Assembly: GCA_903822075.1 (NCBI GenBank)
Contig: CAIJNK010000016.1
Span: 1 to 53,921, forward strand
Reading direction: 5' to 3'
DNA length: 53,921 bases
From: an uncultured bacterium
Lineage (GTDB): Bacteria; Patescibacteriota; Minisyncoccia; Phycocordibacterales; GWA1-40-21
The stretch's first letter is position 1. Every line of letters starts with the position of its first letter. Below the pieces are notes generated by a model that was given only the letters and a program-made list of their open reading frames with translations, made no database searches and was not told the DNA's origin. This document shows positions 48,169 to 53,921 of this stretch, one piece after another. A program made the position numbers and the translations under genes.

Positions 48169-48795
48169 TTACATACGAAATGCGTACCAACAATTCTTGT
48201 CACGACAGATGGGAAAAGCCATCAGTTGTGCGTCACGAATCGGGTCGCTCCACCAAACACTGCATGCGTGACGACGCCCTTCGAAACTACAGCCTGTAGT
48301 AGCCACGACGTACACTGGCGAATCGTGCGTCTGAATATTATGTTGCAACTTCGGATACAGTTCACCGAGAGCAAAGACTTCGCGCGGAACCGTGTTCCTC
48401 AGTTTGGCCCAGCGCGCCCAGACCATTGCCTTAACCCAACTTCCATCGTTCGACGGATAATTTAAGAGGACAATATATTCCTCGACGATCCTAGTGGTAC
48501 CAGTTGCTGGATAAAGACCGCCAACTTTCATAATATCGTTCTCTCTGGAAGTGTCTGAGGCACCAGCATTCACCGCCTCTTGCCAGTTACGATTGGACTG
48601 ATATCTGATACGAAACGTGTGAAGCTGTGCGCCTGGTGGTGCTATCGCTTCAATAGCTTCGATTTTGATCCGATCCAGGGTAAGACCAGCATACTTATCC
48701 AGCCACACCTGAAACTCCTCGCGACTGACGCCCTTCGCAATCGCCATCGTTCTTAGTGATTCCACCTGAGCCGAGGTCACAAGCTTTTTGCTCAT
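48169..48795 (-). CDS. Orphan protein resembling CPR C-type-lectin-fold (DGR-target-like) proteins
   Basis: LRNTVPREVFALGELYPKLQ...VVAT...ACSVWW...R.A.L...WYAFR C-terminus; SD AAGGAG 6 nt before ATG 48795. Family call from recollection, unverified. Confidence 0.6.
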   Translation of the reverse strand: MSKKLVTSAQVESLRTMAIAKGVSREEFQVWLDKYAGLTLDRIKIEAIEAIAPPGAQLHTFRIRYQSNRNWQEAVNAGASDTSRENDIMKVGGLYPATGTTRIVEEYIVLLNYPSNDGSWVKAMVWARWAKLRNTVPREVFALGELYPKLQHNIQTHDSPVYVVATTGCSFEGRRHACSVWWSDPIRDAQLMAFPICRDKNCWYAFRM

Positions 48796-48881
48796 GATCA
48801 TCTCCTTATGTTATGTCCCCTTACAGCCCCGAAAAAATCGGCACCATAAGCAGACAGGTTTCATTGAGCTAAACTACCGCT

Positions 48882-48938
48882 CGGCAGTCATAGCGGAAAA
48901 GTTTCAAACAGATTAAAACCTTTCAGCTATGACCGCCG
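48882..48938 (-). other. 26-bp near-perfect hairpin in the 5' leader of 48169-48795
   Basis: CGGCGGTCATAGCTGAAAGGTTTTAA-TCTGT-TTGAAACTTTTCCGCTATGACTGCCG; 1 mismatch, 3 G-U pairs. Confidence 0.8.
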
Positions 48939-48975
48939 TTTTCGCAAGTATTTTAAGGTTCTTTATCTACCCCCT

Positions 48976-49004
48976 ATTATACACCCATCAAATATAGAAG
49001 TCAA
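48976..49004 (-). promoter_or_regulatory. Promoter TTGACT-17-TATAAT
   Basis: Near-consensus match. Confidence 0.75.
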
Positions 49005-49032
49005 TACTTTTCCCGTTTCGTCAAATACGCCG

Positions 49033-49065
49033 AACGGCTCAACGGTAGGGTCCCGTTGAGCCGTT
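49033..49065. terminator. 13-bp perfect hairpin downstream of eno
   Basis: AACGGCTCAACGG / CCGTTGAGCCGTT; poor U-tract on the eno strand. Confidence 0.5.
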
Positions 49066-49153
49066 TAAGTAGTCTTATTTTAAGACATATTTCTTACCCC
49101 GCCTTTCTTAGGAGGGGTCGGCTTCTGAGCCGGGGGTGGTTCGATGAGGTTGA

Positions 49154-50566
<1,413 letters not shown>

Positions 50567-50635
50567 TTATAAAAAGTAAGACGCTATTCTAGCATAAAAA
50601 TTAGGAAAAAATAAACAAATGACAATTCAAAAGAA

Positions 50636-50678
50636 AACAGCGTTTCTTGTCAATCTTTTTCTGACAAGAAACGCTGTT
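50636..50678 (-). terminator. 17-bp perfect inverted repeat/terminator after orphan gene
   Basis: AACAGCGTTTCTTGTCA-9 nt-TGACAAGAAACGCTGTT; TTCTTTT follows on minus strand. Confidence 0.75.
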
Positions 50679-50684
50679 ATTTGT

Positions 50685-51137
50685 TCAAGCCAACAAACGT
50701 CTGGCAATTTCGTCTGCCACCCGGTAGTGCTCGTTGTTCAGGAAGTGCCTCCTGGTAAGTAACACATCGGCATTGGTAGGCTTTGACCCACTAATAGTGA
50801 GGTCAACAGTAACCGTAACGCCATTACACACAAAGATGCAGTCATAACCTCGGCAATCAAGGCAGGTACCAACGCAATTCAGAACACGCAAATCATGTTT
50901 CGCTTTGCCGAGTCTCCCCGCCACATGATTAAAGACGGCTTTAATCAGTTTGGTTTTAGGATTCTTAGCATCCCACCCGCCAAGCCTAGACTGGAGCCTC
51001 GACACCCAGCGCACTCCGTCCTCAAACGGTACCTTCCTCCAATTACGACGGTACTTGTGTGGTACTTCTGCAAACGACAAACCCATGGTCTCAACCTCAA
51101 ACGCATCGCCAGTTACAGCTCTAACTATCACGATCAC
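50685..51137 (-). CDS. Orphan protein with a degenerate PD-(D/E)XK-like motif (start codon uncertain)
   Basis: LDCRGYDCIF...VTVDLT...K...ADV; promoter TTGAAT-17-TATAAT at 51179-51207. Confidence 0.55.
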   Translation of the reverse strand: MIVIVRAVTGDAFEVETMGLSFAEVPHKYRRNWRKVPFEDGVRWVSRLQSRLGGWDAKNPKTKLIKAVFNHVAGRLGKAKHDLRVLNCVGTCLDCRGYDCIFVCNGVTVTVDLTISGSKPTNADVLLTRRHFLNNEHYRVADEIARRLLA

Positions 51138-51240
51138 CCCATCTGTTGAATGTTTAGAGAACGAAATTATCTGCCTATATTATATTCTCATCGAAACAGA
51201 CATTCAAAGAAGTTATCCACTTTCTCAAATTTAGAAAACT

Positions 51241-53385
51241 TTATTTACAGACGTCACTCTTTAAGACTCCAATTATTTGTTTACTATTTCCAGTACTATC
51301 CACACACCAACTAAAACCGTCAATATCCGGCAATGGCGCTGACACGGCATAGGAACTCACCTTTCCGGTTGTTCCTTTTGAGACACAAGTAGCTTTAGAC
51401 ATATCGTTACCGGTCGCTGCATTTAGAAGCTTGGTAACACCACTATCACCAAAAAGCGTTCCCGCTGTTTCTTTACAAGGCCCTAAGGTAAACGGGGTTT
51501 TGCCGTAACTACTGTTTGTATCATAGACTAGTTCAGACTGGGCCCTGATTGATGATAATTGAGACTTAAGCGCAGCAGATTTACCTTTAAGTCTTGCCTC
51601 TGATATAGAACCATTGTCAAAATCACTGATCAGTTTTTCGATTGTGATTGAGCCGGCTGGGGCTTTTATATCCAAAGCTTTGTTAATATCACTGATTACC
51701 ATTTTAAACACCACGTTTACCTGCTTATCCTTAAGTTGTAGGGCTGAATCGGGCGGAACAATCCTCATCGTGTTCTCTATAATAGCGGGAAAACCTTGGA
51801 TATCAGTCCAGAGAACGAGAGTATTATTTTTATCAAGATAACTAAAGACTTCATCAAATTCCTGACTCTGAAGATAGTCAACCAGGCCTTGATCCACAAA
51901 ACCCTTGAAATTTGAAAAGTCCGGATCCTTGTCTATCTCCGTCTGCATCTTCTGATAGAAAGGCAAGATCTTTTCTTTCTTTAGGCCTAATTCATATCGG
52001 ACTAACTGCTGACCATTCACTCTTTCAACGTTTGGCGTGTTCTTAAAAGTAATCAACTTCTCCTCATCGGCAACCGACACTAATTTCTTAATGAATTTAA
52101 TGGATTTTTCTCGGTTGTTCTTATAAGCTTTCTCCATTTCCGGAAGACTATTTCTGAGGGAACTTAGCTCGGAATAGTTTTCTTCATCCGTTGACGAAGC
52201 AACCTTGGAAGAAACGCTCACCCACTTACCCTTAATGGTGCCCAAATCACCCATCAAGAACAGGCTTGGAATGTTATTTACTCTGAAGTAATAATTATCG
52301 TCTTTTTTAAGGGCATCAGCGTTTATTTTGTAAGTAAGATCTCCAAAATCTCCTTCCGCATCAATGTTAAAAAGCCAATCAGCCATACCAACAGTTTTTA
52401 GATCGGATGAAACACTGATTGATCCCTTAATATTTAGGTCCGAGGGGAACGTACCCATGGAATCCCCCATTTCAACCAAAAATGGTTTTGGTGGCTCGCT
52501 TGACATATACATATAGTTTGAACTGTCCTTGGTAAAGGAAACTTTTTTACCAGAAATAATCGTGCTGGTGGCTGAATAACCATAACCTCTAATGGCCTTA
52601 ATAGCCGTGTCGGTTTCGAAATTTACGGTTAGAAGAAAATTCTTGCCACCGTCAGTGACCTGATATTCATATTCTTTATTTGTCTCCGGATCAGTGATTG
52701 AACTGCTGCCATAGTAACCGCTTTTATCATATATGTTTTTAACACTAGCCGGATATGACTTCTGAACCGTCCCTTTTGAATTGCCATAAGAATAATAACC
52801 GCTTAAACTGTTCAACCTAGATAAGATGGAAGAAGCGTCCTTTAATCTTTCGGTGTCATAATAATATTGTTGCCTTAATTCAACTGCATTTGACACTTCT
52901 TTTATGGCAAACGGTACAGCGTCCTTGTCTCGTGGAGCGACGCTCAAGGAACCGGACATGGTATAAGTTGAGGAGTCGATCTGTCCAAACTTACCAAGAA
53001 GACCAGAGAAAAAGTTATCCTCGGTATATTTTTGAGGTGAAAAAGGACCGATTTTTTCCAGATAAATATAAGCCAAACCAGCCCCGATTATTATCAGTAT
53101 AATAATACTGAACAATAAAACTTTATGACTTTTATGTGGAGGGATTACCGCTTGGCTCCCACCATCGGGCACAACAGGCATTACTCTAATTTTCTCGAGT
53201 GGTTCCGCGGCGTTTATTGTAGCACTCAAAATCCACCCTTGTGCTTTCAACATATGAAGAGCTTCTTGCTTATCGGCGTCACTATACTGCAACCGGTCTA
53301 AAATATTATTTACCGACTCTAATGTGGAGATATTATCCAAACCATTTATATGCAAAATGTTTAAGAGCTCTTGAGAATTTATCAT
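51241..53385 (-). CDS. Membrane-anchored surface protein with two pilin-like globular segments
   Basis: Single TM near aa 90-108; DTERLKD...YP...DP...YEY...F.L...FET; C-terminal ARLKGKSAALKSQLSSIRAQSELVYD...WCVDSTG with four Cys. Confidence 0.7.
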   Translation of the reverse strand: MINSQELLNILHINGLDNISTLESVNNILDRLQYSDADKQEALHMLKAQGWILSATINAAEPLEKIRVMPVVPDGGSQAVIPPHKSHKVLLFSIIILIIIGAGLAYIYLEKIGPFSPQKYTEDNFFSGLLGKFGQIDSSTYTMSGSLSVAPRDKDAVPFAIKEVSNAVELRQQYYYDTERLKDASSILSRLNSLSGYYSYGNSKGTVQKSYPASVKNIYDKSGYYGSSSITDPETNKEYEYQVTDGGKNFLLTVNFETDTAIKAIRGYGYSATSTIISGKKVSFTKDSSNYMYMSSEPPKPFLVEMGDSMGTFPSDLNIKGSISVSSDLKTVGMADWLFNIDAEGDFGDLTYKINADALKKDDNYYFRVNNIPSLFLMGDLGTIKGKWVSVSSKVASSTDEENYSELSSLRNSLPEMEKAYKNNREKSIKFIKKLVSVADEEKLITFKNTPNVERVNGQQLVRYELGLKKEKILPFYQKMQTEIDKDPDFSNFKGFVDQGLVDYLQSQEFDEVFSYLDKNNTLVLWTDIQGFPAIIENTMRIVPPDSALQLKDKQVNVVFKMVISDINKALDIKAPAGSITIEKLISDFDNGSISEARLKGKSAALKSQLSSIRAQSELVYDTNSSYGKTPFTLGPCKETAGTLFGDSGVTKLLNAATGNDMSKATCVSKGTTGKVSSYAVSAPLPDIDGFSWCVDSTGNSKQIIGVLKSDVCK

Positions 53386-53450
53386 TTAAATATTTAGTTA
53401 TTAAAATTACTAATATGTCGTAATTATAACACTAATTTTGAGATAAACAA

Positions 53451-53915
53451 TTATGATACCCTCTTTAAAACCTCGTCAAATCCAGGTAGTAATTTTAATT
53501 TTTTAACTTCTTCAGCTTTCAACCATTTATAATCCTGGGCCTCCCAATCTATCTTTATTTTATCAGTCTTTATCTCAACCAAAATAGGATGAACAATCCA
53601 AGTCTTATTATACTTCGGTGCTTCCTGATCAAAAATCTGACCGACGGTTATCTTGGATATTTTACTTTTTGGTATACCAAGTTCCTCATTTAATTCCCCT
53701 CTCACCTTCTCAAAAACGCTCTTATTGTCATCGAGAAATCCAGAAATGCCGTTCCAGTAGCTTGGATAAAAATTTAAGGTTTTACTCCTCTGAACAACTA
53801 AGATCTTGTCTTTATATCTGAGGACACAATTTATTACCGGTGCGTACCGGATATTCGTAAAATCTACCTGTCCCGCTTTGGCTTTAAACTTTTTCATTGA
53901 TTTGCGCCGTGGCAT
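53451..53915 (-). CDS. NUDIX hydrolase (start could be 53897)
   Basis: ILVVQRS, W..ISG......VRGELNEELGI Nudix box, DWEAQDYKW. Confidence 0.85.
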   Translation of the reverse strand: MPRRKSMKKFKAKAGQVDFTNIRYAPVINCVLRYKDKILVVQRSKTLNFYPSYWNGISGFLDDNKSVFEKVRGELNEELGIPKSKISKITVGQIFDQEAPKYNKTWIVHPILVEIKTDKIKIDWEAQDYKWLKAEEVKKLKLLPGFDEVLKRVS

Positions 53916-53921
53916 TTTTTG

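Noticed and set aside
48169-48300. Complete DGR in this window
   Set aside because: No reverse transcriptase and no template repeat noticed; kept only as a remote-target hypothesis.

Overview
Chromosomal segment of a reduced-genome bacterium using the standard genetic code. It is most likely Patescibacteria/CPR (Parcubacteria-like); this is inferred from the short EF-Ts, the YAGRLD-type TruB, CPR-style pilin domains, fermentative-only metabolism and very short intergenic spaces. The first 2.9 kb is the end of an AT-rich island (putative restriction endonuclease, DNA methyltransferase, large serine recombinase) whose recombinase stop codon lies inside tRNA-Asn. The rest is backbone: translation genes (typA, truB, hisS, tsf, rpsB, prfA, rpmE, rplY, gatB, obgE, tRNA-Thr), glycogen, glycolysis and pentose-phosphate genes with a phosphoketolase/acetate kinase pair, envelope and pilin genes, and a UvrD-nuclease fusion. 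The strongest unexplained pattern is two kinds of gene architecture. Many backbone genes have a -10 box 6-10 nt before the start codon and no Shine-Dalgarno, so they look leaderless. About 12 small orphan genes scattered between them are self-contained units, each with a -35/-10 promoter, a leader, usually a strong SD, and a terminator-like hairpin. Two of these orphans are divergent paralogs resembling CPR C-type-lectin-fold/DGR-target-like proteins. Several starts were moved from the ORF track to the ATG supported by promoter/SD context. All family assignments come from motif recognition; no searches were run.
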